This document shows positions 1 through 11,400 of a DNA stretch of 64,000 bases, in pieces. Positions within the stretch are counted from its first letter, which is position 1; every line of letters starts with the position of its first letter. Origin of the DNA: Hormiphora californensis (Eukaryota; Animalia; Ctenophora). Below the pieces are notes generated by a model, which worked only from the letters and a program-made list of their open reading frames with translations, was not told where the DNA came from and ran no database searches. The position numbers and the translations under genes were made by a program. The stretch lies in contig CM035350.1 in the NCBI GenBank assembly GCA_020137815.1, positions 2,542,001 to 2,606,000 on the forward strand. Reading direction: 5' to 3'.

Positions 1-1
1 A

Positions 2-589
2 TTGCAAGGGAAGCTGATAGAAGCACAAAATAGTTTGATTGAAGTACAAAAAGGTGAAAACAACTCGATGTCAGAGTCTGTCCAAAAGCAGTTGCATGAC
101 TACTCCAAGGTCCTTGTACAGAATTGTTCAGCTGCTATTGCTCCATCTCGCCTGAAGGAAGCATGGAAGAAGGCGACAGTTTCCTCTCCACCAACTGAAA
201 GAACAACTCCGGATAGAAAGCTGAACTTGGTTATATTTGGGCTCCCAGAAACCACTGCCAGGGCTACTAATCATGAAGTTCAGGATATCTTTGCTGAGCT
301 AAATGAGAAACCTGTCGTGACCTCCACAAAGCGGGTTGGCCTAAGGACTGATGACCGAGCGAGACCTGTTATCGTCACCCTTGAAAGAAGGGAATCCTTG
401 CTGCAGCTTCTTCGGAAAGCAAAGCAGCTGCAGAGTTCAGAGAAGTTTTCATCCGTTTTTCTCTCTCCCGACCTATCACCAGACGAACAGCGAGAGCGGA
501 AATCTCTTGTTGATACTCTGAAAGAACTAAAACGAGATAATCCGAATGGACGTTATTGGATTAGTAAGGGGGTCATTAAATGTGGCTAA
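2..589 (+). CDS. LINE ORF1-like protein (coiled-coil + RRM + CTD region), 5' end outside window
   Basis: Open 195-aa frame with RKLNLVIFGLPE, RVG...RPVIVTL and VFLSPDLSPDEQRER motifs typical of CR1/L2/L1-type ORF1 proteins; no ORF2 follows. Confidence 0.6.
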   Translation: MQGKLIEAQNSLIEVQKGENNSMSESVQKQLHDYSKVLVQNCSAAIAPSRLKEAWKKATVSSPPTERTTPDRKLNLVIFGLPETTARATNHEVQDIFAELNEKPVVTSTKRVGLRTDDRARPVIVTLERRESLLQLLRKAKQLQSSEKFSSVFLSPDLSPDEQRERKSLVDTLKELKRDNPNGRYWISKGVIKCG

Positions 590-800
590 GTGAACTCTAA
601 CCATTGAATTTTAAATCGAAAGGACTATCCAAATTGCCCACAAAAAGGGGCGTATATGTTGAGTTAATGCAATGTATACATTTTTAGATTTAATAATAAA
701 AATAATTAAACTTAAAATTAATAATCGGGCACCGTTACGAACTCCCTTTGAGCCCCATGCATTTTTTCCTGCACAAAATAATTTCAACAAGTCCTGTAGG

Positions 801-1425
801 ATGAATCTTTTAAAACAAGCCACCAAAATCGTTTGTGTGGGCCGAAACTATGCAAAACACGCTAAGGAGCTTGGCAATGCCCTTCCAAGCACGCCGATAA
901 TCTTCACAAAACCTACAACATGTTTTGTGGAGGACGGTGGTAGTGTTCTCTACCCTGATATATCAAGTGACCTTCACTACGAGGTAGAGCTGGGCGTGGT
1001 CATTGGGAAGACATTGTCCAAAGTTCCAGCCTCCGAGGTCTGTCACATGTTGCGGGGTATGCTATTGCTATTGATGTTACCTGTAGAATATCCAGGAACA
1101 ATGTAAAGCAGAACGAACACCATGGACAATGGCGAAATGCCTTGATACCTTCTGCCCGATCGGTCCCCTCGTTTCTCCTGACAAGATAGATGCTGCCAAT
1201 ACGGAGATAACTCTGAAACAGAACAGTGCTGAGACAACACGGGAACCGGCCGACATGATATTTTCATTACCAACTTTGTTGGAGTATGTAGCTGCTCATA
1301 TTACCCTTCTGCCCGGAGATGTGCTATTGACCGGAACACCCGAGGGTGTCGGACCGTTAGCCAGGGGAGATGTTTTGGAGGTGGCCGTACCCGGTATCAC
1401 GCAGGCGACCTTTCATGTGAAGTAA
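801..1425 (+). CDS. FAHD1: Fumarylacetoacetate hydrolase domain protein (acylpyruvase/oxaloacetate decarboxylase), intronless, with apparent indel errors
   Basis: KIVCVGRNYAKHAKELGN, PIIFTKP, LHYEVELGVVIG, GYAIAIDVT (shifted frame), PWTMAK, LLPGDVLLTGTPEGVGP. Single-base frameshifts near 1040 and 1088 and a compensated shift near 1225-1248. Confidence 0.85.
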
Positions 1426-1527
1426 CTTGAGACCATTATATTTGTATTGAGTATTATTTTCTTTGTACTGTGTGTTTATCATTTCCTGCAAATCACTCAT
1501 TTCTGAGCCTTGTTTATATAAGACAAA

Positions 1528-4389
1528 ATGTTACGAGAGGTGATAGTACACGAACAACGGTTTATGGTGCCAGAGCGGTACCAGGATTGCTCATACCTTG
1601 GGCATGGTTCTTATGGGTGTGTCATGTAAGTCATTGGTATGGAATTATTATTTCAACATTCAGTAAACCCGAAATAAATCTATGTAACGATGCATAGATT
1701 CCTGAACAATTTTGTTCTGTATTTCAGAAAGGCACGTGAGACAGGATGGTCGAGATGTTGCTATAAAGAGGCTCCTGGAGCCATTTAAGCGAAGTGTTTC
1801 TGCTAAACGGGCCTACAGGGAACTAGTCCTTTTAGCCTACTGCCATCATCCTAGCGTGAGTAATACGGGGGTCAAATACTGTTAATTTCCCATTATATCG
1901 GGGGACGTTTATCGTCCCGGTAAATCGGGGTCCGACTGTATTTGTGAATAGCACAGCCTCCAATGGCTCACCAGTCACCAACTGAAAACTTTCATCTCAC
2001 GTTTCGTTGATTCAACAAAGGAAATGATTAACACACACTGTGGCGCAATCTGGAGTCTGGGTTAGGGATTACCACGTGGAGTTTTCTACATACATATATC
2101 TCTCATTTTACACCCAATCCCCACTCATTTTATACTCACTACTCAGCCATCAGTTAGGCCATCTAAAAAGCCGATTCCGCTTCCTTTTGACAGAAGAGAG
2201 ATAAACATTCCTATGTAACAACAATATTTGTGTTGTGTTGTCTCCTTCTCCATTCACTGTCCAATCAAAAGCAATTCCATAAATACACCTGCCACCGACA
2301 ACTGTCCAACCGAGTACAACTGTCCAACCAAGTACAACTGTCCACCGGGACAACTGTCCGATTAAAATAAAATGTCCACCAATACAAGTCCACCAAGAGT
2401 ACAACTGTCCAACCAAGACCGCACAGACAACCAACCAACTCGTATATTTCATATGCGATTCCCTGCCTACCGTTTCACATGTCAGCGACATTGTCACTGC
2501 CAACGACAACAGGATCAAGGCTTGGTCATAATGTAATGTGAGCTGCATCTAGCTGTCAGTATACTTCTCACATAGCTTAGAGTTAGCTAACTCCCAATCA
2601 CATGACACTTGCTAACCAGCTTTTGACATTCCAACTTAACTATTTATCTATCATCTCACACTCGACTCGCAAGATGAAAATGATATGTGTATGTAACACG
2701 CGAAACGCACGGCAGAGCATTTCATGCTTTGTTGAGTGGCGCGCACACACACGTCCATCAAACTGTGTCAATGAGGTGTTTGATGAAGGAGTAGCTCGTC
2801 ACTGTGCGCAAGGCTCTAGTTGCTACACCGTTGCCCCTCGCAACGCAAGTGTGACAAAAAAGGTCCCTCTACCAATTTAGTTAGTATACCAAAATGTTTT
2901 CGAATTCTAACCCTGCTATGCCTTTTTATAAAGTAAAAAGGCATCCGGGTGAATGCCTTCGGTATTCACCAGTCGAAATTGTAAACCTACTTCCCTGTTT
3001 TAGATTGTTCAGATATTGGATGTTTACGCAACAAAGAACGAGGAGGGTCTCCCTGAGTCCATCTACATTGTCATGGAACATATGCCCCTTACTCTACTCA
3101 CGGTATATATTGTAGTTTGAGAACCACAATTTTCAACGTATTCTTGTATTCAACGTATTCTTGTTTCAGGCGATAAAAGAGGGCCTGAATCCTGACCAGA
3201 TCTCATATGTCCTAAATCAACTGGCGTGCGGACTAAAATACCTCAAATCGATTGGAATCATGCACAGGGTAAGTTATTAATTAACGGGACTGTTAGGAAC
3301 GGCCGACACTAACAATTACCAACATACAGGACTTAAAACCATCAAACATTGGCGTAACTGAAGACTTGGATACTAAAATTCTGGACTTTGGCCTCGCTCG
3401 ATCGGATGGTATTGACCCTAATATGACCGAGGAACGAGCGAGGATTGAACTGACCCGGGCAGTTGTAACCCTCTCCTACAGAGCACCAGAGGTCATGCTC
3501 TCCAACCAGTATGACGGGCATGCTGTGGATATCTGGTCCTTGGGGTGCATCCTCGGGGAGATGTGCTTGGGGGATATGATGTTTAGAGCAGTCGATGACC
3601 TGGAACTGTGGAGAAAACTTGTCCGGGAACTTGGAGTACCCAACCCTGACATGCTCACCCGGTGTCCCGAAAGTGTGAGTAGAACAATCAGAGCTGTATA
3701 TAATTGAACTTCTCTTACAAAATATTAGGAATTGAAAGTTTTCATATCTGTTCCGGGGCAGAATGTGCTTTTTAAAATCTTCGGCGAGAGACTCGAAGCG
3801 GTTTGAAATTTCTGCAACGTCCAACATTAGATGTTGCACTCACTAAGTTAGGGTATTAATTTTACCCCACAAACGTCAAACACTTATACCAATTGAAGGT
3901 AAAATTGTTCCTGGAACGAGAAGCAAGGAATGATGACAGAAGCACGAATATAATTGAGGAAATCGAAAGTAAAGAAAACGGGGTTGAGAGCAGATGTACC
4001 TGTAAGTTTAATTGTTCCGCCGGTTCCGTTCGTAATATATCCAATAGGTTTTCTATAGCCGACAATAGCTTGACAATGTTTCCGTGCTCCGCACTTCTAT
4101 GGCTATGTTACAGTGGTGTTCCGTCATATTGCCCGGCCGCCCTGCGCCAATAAGACGGAGCACCACTGTTATAGCCCGCTCTTCTCCAGACAGGCAAGCA
4201 GGAGCGTGTATCAGAAGAATGCTCCAGTACATGAAAGACAACAGGCCCACACCTGAGCAGTTGCTACAGGATGAATTCTTGGCACCCTGGAGGTACGAGA
4301 AATATGAAGTTGTTCCTGATGAACAAATGAGGAATGAGGTATGTTTTGCGCTCAACCGCAACATCTATCTAGGTCTATCTCTCTCTATA

Positions 4390-4425
<36 letters not shown>

Positions 4426-4781
4426 GTCTCTCCCTCTCTCCCTCCCTCCCTCTCTCTCTGGCCAGGTGGAAATGATGGCCCAAATGACTCGTTTTCCCTT
4501 TAGGTCAGGCAAGAGTTGGCCAGTATGGAAAACAGTCGCAGTCAGCAGGTCAACATGTGGAAAGGTATGTAAAATTAATACATTCATGACTTAATACACC
4601 ACACCAAATTTTAAATAAAACCATGTGTGTGTACTACTGCCCAGATAAGATAAAACAAGTACTGGATTTGGGTCGAGGAAGGTTGAATTGGACAGGGCTG
4701 GATGAAGATGTTCCTGATCTAGAAACTGACTCCGCGGATGAAGTTACACAACCCGGGGAACAACATAATGAACCAAGTTAG
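1528..4781 (+). CDS. Divergent JNK/p38-like MAP kinase 1; 9 exons ~1528-1625, 1728-1855, 3004-3102, 3170-3268, 3330-3674, 3899-4001, 4189-4338, 4504-4564, 4645-4781
   Basis: GHGSYG loop, VAIKRL..PF....AKRAYRELVLL (JNK-like), HR|DLKPSN, ILDFGLAR, YRAPE, VDIWSLGCILGEM; GT-AG boundaries; one frameshift near 1740. Confidence 0.85.
1880..1940. mobile_element. Right-end fragment of a Tc1/mariner-pogo-type MITE
   Basis: Ends TAAATCGGGGTCCGACTG followed by TA; a related end (TAAATCGGGGTTCGACTG-TA) lies at ~38640-38699. Confidence 0.45.
2296..2420. repeat. Degenerate TACAACTGTCCAACC tandem array in kinase 1 intron 2
   Basis: About 5-6 copies of ACAACTGTCC visible. Confidence 0.7.
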
Positions 4782-5418
4782 TAGTTGCTGGTTTTAGTTT
4801 GAAATGATAAGCATGTACATTGTACATGTACGCCGTACGGTTCACGATATGGTATGTTATTATTTCTCACGGAGTATGCAATAAAAGGGGTGACTTCGTA
4901 ACCAAGTTCATGATATGAAGTGGGTACAGCCTAGGACCAACAAACTATTCTTTAAAAAATTTTTTGGCTATTTCTTTTTTCATACTTAGTTGAAGCACAC
5001 CCTACAAAATCCCCCCTCCCTACCCATTTGCCTGACCAGTATTCTCCGCAGGCAATCCCCTTTCGACAGGATCTTTTGGTTCCCATTTGACCGTGTTTTC
5101 GCCCCTCTTGGGTGTAATTGGGTATCTCGCAGCGGCCCGGTACTTCCCCCACCTCTCATTTAGAAGACATGCCTCCGTGGGCCTTCTGGTGGGTGCAACT
5201 AGCCTGATAGCGGCTCGGGTCTTGGTCCACCGACCGAGTAAGTAAAGTGGAACTGTGCTTTTTTATGGGTTGTTTTTATAAGTAAGAAGGGACCGATTGA
5301 TTAATTAATTTTTAATGAAACAGTGAACTATGTTGTATAAATTTATATAGATTCTCTTCATTCGTGTTTAATTGGTACCTTAGGGGGTTACAGCCTAAGA
5401 ATTGTTGGCAGGTCGGTA

Positions 5419-5568
5419 GAACTTCGACAGAATTTAGGGCAGGTCAATTTAGGGCAGGTCTGAATTTAGGGCAGCTCTGAATTTAGGGCGGGTCTGAATT
5501 TAGGGCAGGTCTGAATTTAGGGCAGATCAATTTAGGGCAGGTCTGAATTTAGGGCAGGTCTGAATACT
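5419..5568 (+). repeat. Left arm of long inverted repeat made of ~15-17 bp GAATTTAGGGCAGGTCT subrepeats
   Basis: Starts GAACTTCGACAG, ends CTGAATACT; reverse complement at 8060-8241. Confidence 0.85.
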
Positions 5569-5681
5569 CAGAGTGACTGAGTAGAGAGTTAGTCAGATGA
5601 GAGTGAGTTAGGAGGATACAAATATTTAGGGATTCTTTGGGGGAGATTTAATATTATTCACTTGTTACTACAGTTATGGAG

Positions 5682-6041
5682 TAGTGGTTGACCGTGTATA
5701 AGGCCCAAATAAGGCACAGAGCTTTTCTGAATCAGCTTTTCAAGACGAATCTAACGCAACCGGAATTAGCTTTCTATCTCATCGGGAAGTGCTGGGTCTA
5801 GAACCCTCATTTTTAGTCATTTTTCGGTGCGCGGGCCAATCAGAGGCCTTAATTTTGAAATCTAGGCCTCTGATTGGCCCGCACACCGAAAAATGACCAA
5901 AAATGAGCAAAAACCAAAATGCCAGACCCAGCACTTCCCGATGAGATAGAAAGCTAATTCCGGTTGCGCTGGATTCGTCTTGAAAAGCTGATTCAGAAAA
6001 ACTCTGTGCCTTATTTGGGCCTTATACACGGTCAACCACTA
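5682..6041. mobile_element. Palindromic hAT-like MITE (360 bp)
   Basis: TAGTGGTTGACCGTGTATAAGG...CCTTATACACGGTCAACCACTA; perfect 8-bp TSD TTATGGAG at 5674-5681 and 6042-6049. Confidence 0.9.
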
Positions 6042-6734
6042 TTATGGAGAGATATTAGAAGATAAGAATTTGAGTCAATGTTTTAGATGAGTAGGAATAG
6101 CGAGAAGCCGCGTACAGGGGATTGTGCGAAGTGCCGAGAGGAGAAGCTGCCACGTCAGCCTAGGCTGGCGTGGACCACGTGATCTGAGAAAGAGGTGATC
6201 AGGGAGCGAGATATGAGAGGAGAGAGTTCTGTTTTTAGGGGATTAGAATATGTTGCTCGGGAGATGGTGGGAAACCATTTCTCTCATATATTGGCTTTGC
6301 CCGAGTTTTGTGAGTCTCGTTAGTCAGGACCACTATTGGTGCGCCGTCGTGCCCACGGAAGGAGTGCTTGGATCATCTTGAAACCGGTTTTAAGTTAACT
6401 AATGCATATCCAAAAGTGTCGGTAGCTACGTTTTAAAGTGACAAAAAGGAGGACCTTTTAACCGACACATTTCAATTAATACAACTCTACTCGGTGTTCC
6501 CCAATATTCTCGAGGGGTTCTCTATATTATCTATTCTTGCCATATTGGCAATGCTCACTCTAGGGGAACACTAGGTATCGGATAGGGAAACTCCTTATGC
6601 TTAGTTTAGGATACAAAGTGCCTCCAGTCTCACTTCTAGCCACATTGGCAACTCTCTACAAGTGGGGACACTTAGTATCGGCAACAGGAGCTTCATGTAT
6701 GGTTGGGGCTTTAGGACTGTAACTATAGGCTGGT

Positions 6735-7610
6735 CGGGACGTTTTGGGGGGAAAAAACCCGCCCCCCCCCCCCAAAAACCCCCCCTTTTTTGGGGGTTTT
6801 TTTTCCCCTCTCTTTTCTCTCCCTCTTTTTCCTTTTCTTTTTTTAGATTTTCCCTCTTCTTTTCCTTTCTCCTTTTGGGGAAAAGGTTGGGAAATTGCCC
6901 GGGGGTGAAGTTTGGTAAATTATTGATAGGAGAGATCTGGCCCGGGAAAAAACCCGGGGCTGGTTTGGGGGGGGTTGGGGAGGGGAGAATAAGACCCCCG
7001 GCAGGTAAAATTGAAAAGAAAATTTTTTGGGGGTGAAGGGGATTAGATAATAAATTGGAATTGATAAGGGGGGATGGGGAGAAAAAAAAAGGAAAAAGCA
7101 GAGCTAAACCCAAAATGTATGAGTGAACAACGGACTAAACCTACCCCGCCCTTTCTCCTCTTCTCTCTCCCTCTCTCCTCCCCTCTCTCTCCTTCTCCCC
7201 CTCTTCTCTCTCTCTCTCTCCCCTTCTTTTTCTCTCCCCTCTCCCCTCTCTCTCTCTCTCTCCTCTCTTCCCCTCTCTCTTCGCTCTTCTCTCTCTTCTC
7301 TCTCTTCTCTCTTTCTTTTCTCTCTCTCTCTCTCTCTCTCTCCTTGCTCTTCTCTCCTCTCTCTCTCTCTCTCTCCTCCTCGTTTTTTTCCCCTTTTTTT
7401 TTTTTTCTCCCTCTCTCTGCAAAGGGGACGCCGCCATTTCTTCCCCCCTTTTTTTTACATAATTGATTTTTTGCCCTGGCAAAAAAATCAAAATCCCTTT
7501 TTAAGCGGAAAAAAACCCCACATTTTTTCCCGCCCTTTCCCTGTCCCCCCTTGTTCCCCCTGTCTACCGAAATTTGGGTTTTGTCCCAATTTGTGAGTTT
7601 AGATGGCGTA
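6735..7610. other. Homopolymer/CT-rich low-complexity tract, probably poorly polished sequence
   Basis: Long G/C/A/T runs and degenerate (CT)n; its ORFs are low-complexity artefacts. Confidence 0.6.
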
Positions 7611-7854
7611 CAAAAAATCGAATTTCGACATTTTTAGCGGACAGAAACTCACCTTGGCCCCCACAACTCGAACAGGTGAGTTAGTGTCCGCCCGGACTCT
7701 AACTCACCGTAAATAGTGCTAAACAGTGGGGCGGACAGAAAGTCACCTGATCCGGACTGTAACTCACCTAAATTCGACATTTTCAAAAGTGAGTTATAGT
7801 CCGAAATTTTCGAGTTCGAGTTATCGTCCGTTCGAGTTTCTGTCCGGTACCCGT
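7590..7854. mobile_element. Terminal part of a DNA transposon with CGGACAGAAACTCACC subterminal repeats
   Basis: Repeated CGGAC(A/T)...AACTCACC in both orientations, ending CTGTCCGGTACCCG-TA; other end not resolvable. Confidence 0.4.
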
Positions 7855-8059
7855 AGCGCCTAGCATTTTACAGTCCGTGCTGACGGCTCGGCTCACCCTA
7901 CACGTATATAGGGATGGAAAGCGATAGAAACCTTCCCCGAATCGTATCTCATATCGTCTAACACTCCTGATTGGCTTCCCTGAATCATGTTCTATATATC
8001 TCGTATCGTCTCACACCGCTAATAAGCTCCCCCGGACCCCGAATCACATTCACATGCTT

Positions 8060-8241
8060 AGTATTCAGACCTGCCCTAAATTCAGACCTGCCCTAAATTG
8101 ACCTGCCCTAAATTCTGACCTGCCCTAAACTCAGACCTGCCCTAAATTGACCTGCCCTAAATTCAGACCCGCCCTAAATTCAGAGCTGCCCTAAATTCAG
8201 ACCTGCCCTAAATTGACCTGCCCTAAATTCTGTCGAAGTTC
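8060..8241 (-). repeat. Right arm of long inverted repeat (partner of 5419-5568)
   Basis: AGTATTCAGACCTGCCCTAAATTC...CTGTCGAAGTTC is the reverse complement of the left arm, with more subrepeats. Confidence 0.85.
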
Positions 8242-8491
8242 ATTGTACAATCAAATTTGTAGGCCAATTTTATGCGTTAGATTAAAATATTTTCAGACAA
8301 GTCCCTGCAAATTAAAATCTAAGTAGCACAATCTGCATTCGATCAGATTGAGTCGCAATTTCTTCGTGTCTAAGGCTGTGGTCCTCTCCGTAGTCCATGA
8401 TACCAATATGATTACATAAATTACATGTAACCCAAATATATGACCGAAATCCCCATCCATATAGCAAACCATAGTTCAAGTGATAAGTATA

Positions 8492-11400
8492 ATGGTGCAC
8501 AATGATGAACTAGATGATGAAGGTAGGGATGCTTTTGGAAATCGGTATACCTTTGTGAGGAGTTTGGGTGGCGGGACATTTGGGGACTGTATGGTAAGTG
8601 TAGCCCATCTCAAATCAGTACAGCTGATATAAGTGCATGTCCACACTCGTGTTAGCACTCGGCATCCTTTCCTGGCGTAAAGTTATACTACTGAACTCTT
8701 ATTTACAATCAATTAGCAAATTATTCTCGATATGTCTTGATTGTCTTTTCCTCCTAATTTTAAAGTGAGAGAGAACAGCCCCGATTTTGATGAAACTTGG
8801 TCAGAATAGTGTTTGGTGTCTAATTAGAAGTCAAAAAAATTTTTAGTGCTCAAATCCTAAATTTAAGATTTTTAGGTTTTTAAGGTTTTTCGGCTTTTAT
8901 GGGTTTCAGGAACGTTCTAGAACAAAATGAATAAAACCATCTTTCTCGGCATTAAATTCTGCATCGATTATAGTGGTTATAAACCTTTCTATGACGTAAG
9001 GTTCAGAAGTTATCGCGAAAAAGCCCAAACGGGTACATGTGTTAGGGGCGGGTTCATGTTTTAGGCTAACCGGCGAACCTCTTGTCAGAACACCATGTTA
9101 TAGGGTGTCAATCGACGCGTATTGATAAGGAGATCATTTTAGTGAAAATTATTTTGGTCTGTGTAACGAATGAAACCTAAAAAACCTTACTGAATGAAGC
9201 ATACCCGTTTGGTTAAAACATGTGGTGAGGTTTTTTAGGTTTCATTCGTTACACAGACATTGCAGATCAAAATAATTTTCACTAAAATGATCTCCTTATC
9301 AATACGCGTCGATTGACACCCTATAACATGGTGTTCTGACTAGAGGTTCGCCGGTTAGCCTAAAACATGAACCCGCCCCTAACACATGTACCCGTTTGGG
9401 CTTTTTCGCGATAACTTCTGAACCTTACGTCATAGAAAGGTTTATAACCACTATAATCGATGCAAAATTTAACGCCGAGAAAGATGGTTTTATTCATTTT
9501 GTTCTAGAACGTTCCTGAAACCCATAAAAGCCGAAAAACCTAAAAAACCTAAAAATCCTAAATTTAGGATTTGAGCACTAAAATTTTTTTTGACTTCTAA
9601 TTAGACACCAAACACTATTCTGACCAAGTTTCATCAAAATCGGGGCTGTTCTCTCTCACTTTAATTGCAGTCAGGCAATTGACAACAATGAAAACAACAG
9701 CAAACCAGTGGCAATAAAGAAACTGAAAACAGCATTCAAAATACTAGGAATGCTAGAATGACGTATCGTGAGATTGCCCTTCTCTCACGAGTAAACCATC
9801 CCTCGGTAATATTGTGAATAATGATGTAAAACGTTCAAATGCCCCTCATGATACCCTTAAATATTAATTAATTAATGATTAATTAATGATTACCCCCTAC
9901 CTTACCCCTCCCTTTTTTACAGATAATTTGGCTTTTGGACGTCATTGCTACAATGGCTCATGACGGCACAGGCTTAAAGAGCATCTACCTCGTAATGGAG
10001 TTCAGCCCTGGTTCACTACGTGATTTTATACATGCCATTAAGCTTAAGGTAAATAATCAGGCGAACCTGGAATCTAATTTCTAAAAGGTCTAATTAAGGC
10101 CAATTATGGGGTCTTCCCTTGGGCACCCTCTGTGTTTGCACGCCCCTCACACGGTCAAGTTCAGACTTGTTAGTCATAACTTTGTTTGGTACAAAGTACA
10201 AACAAACGTGGATTAATGTAAGAATCTACATGAATATGCTTTACTATTCTTTAATCACTATTTTGAATTTTCAGGCAACGGAAAAAGGCAAGTTGACGGC
10301 GTGTGAAATATCTTATATCGTTTACGAACTTTTGTGCGGGCTTAAATACCTAAAATCCCTGGGAATAATGCATAGGGTAAGTGGCTGGGTCCCACCCAAA
10401 ATAAGTAAAAATAGAATAATGTAAGTACCTGATTTTTGGAGCTCGACTATTCAGCTCTAGTTAGGGGTATAAGAAATGGGAAATTTACCTAAGAAGCTAA
10501 TTCCTTCACTAATGTGCCCCTGCCACTAACACCACAAAAAAACCTTACAGTCCTTGTCCGTCATACACATTTTTATTTCCCCGCCTGGGTGAATGCCGAA
10601 GGCATTCACCCAGATGCCTTTTGCAAAAACGCATAGGGGTTTAGAATTCGACAACTTTACATACTAGTGAGGTGTCACGGTCACAAAACTGGCTGTAACA
10701 CGCTCAGTTTCGAGGGACAACGGTGTTGCTCCTTCATCAAATACTTCAATGGCACGTTTTCAGGAAATTTGAGCCGCCGGCCGCGCAATGTGGTGCACAA
10801 TTTAGTGCTACTAAAACACAATGATTTATTCTATACGGTTTGAGTGATTCATAAATGATCGGAAACGTCTGTCCCCCCTTCACATTAGATGGCGGGGAAA
10901 CATAGCATTATGAAACGGGGGGGGGGGGGGGGGGCCGGCTGAAGTTTTTGAAGTTTGAAGTTTTCCACCCTACTTTTTGAGTTTTTGAAGTTTTTGAAGT
11001 TGACTTCAAAAACTTCAAAAACTTCAAAAACTCTAAACTACTTTTATATGCTATCAGTGAGTTTTATTACACTTGTTTAGGTTAGTTTCATGCTTAATAC
11101 ATATTGTGACAAAGTTATCCGGCCTTGTCTGCCCTTTTTCTACCACAAATTAGGATATTTACAATGATTCCTAGCCATGAAATCCAAGGCACAATTTGGT
11201 GTAAAAAATTTAATTTTTTTGTAAAAACAAATTCAATTTTCATTCTATAACTCAACAAATTGCCTAGAAAATGCGAAGAAAGTGTTTAAAATTATGATGT
11301 AAATTTTCAAAAATTTTTTTGGGGCCACACCCTTTTTGCCAGTTTCACAAAATGCAAATTTTTTTATGAAGGGAGTAGTGAAAAAACTATGGGCACTAAA

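Noticed and set aside
5160-5240. Type IV IRES-like GCCTGATAG motif with adjacent hairpin
   Set aside because: Only a short match; no pseudoknot or downstream ORF demonstrable.
5419-5568. Telomeric repeat (TTAGGG)
   Set aside because: TTAGGG is embedded in a longer 15-17 bp unit, not a tandem telomere array.
6601-7596. ORFs rich in F/P/K/L/S
   Set aside because: Translations of homopolymer and CT tracts, probably with sequencing error; only the first ~25 codons of 6662-7036 look meaningful.
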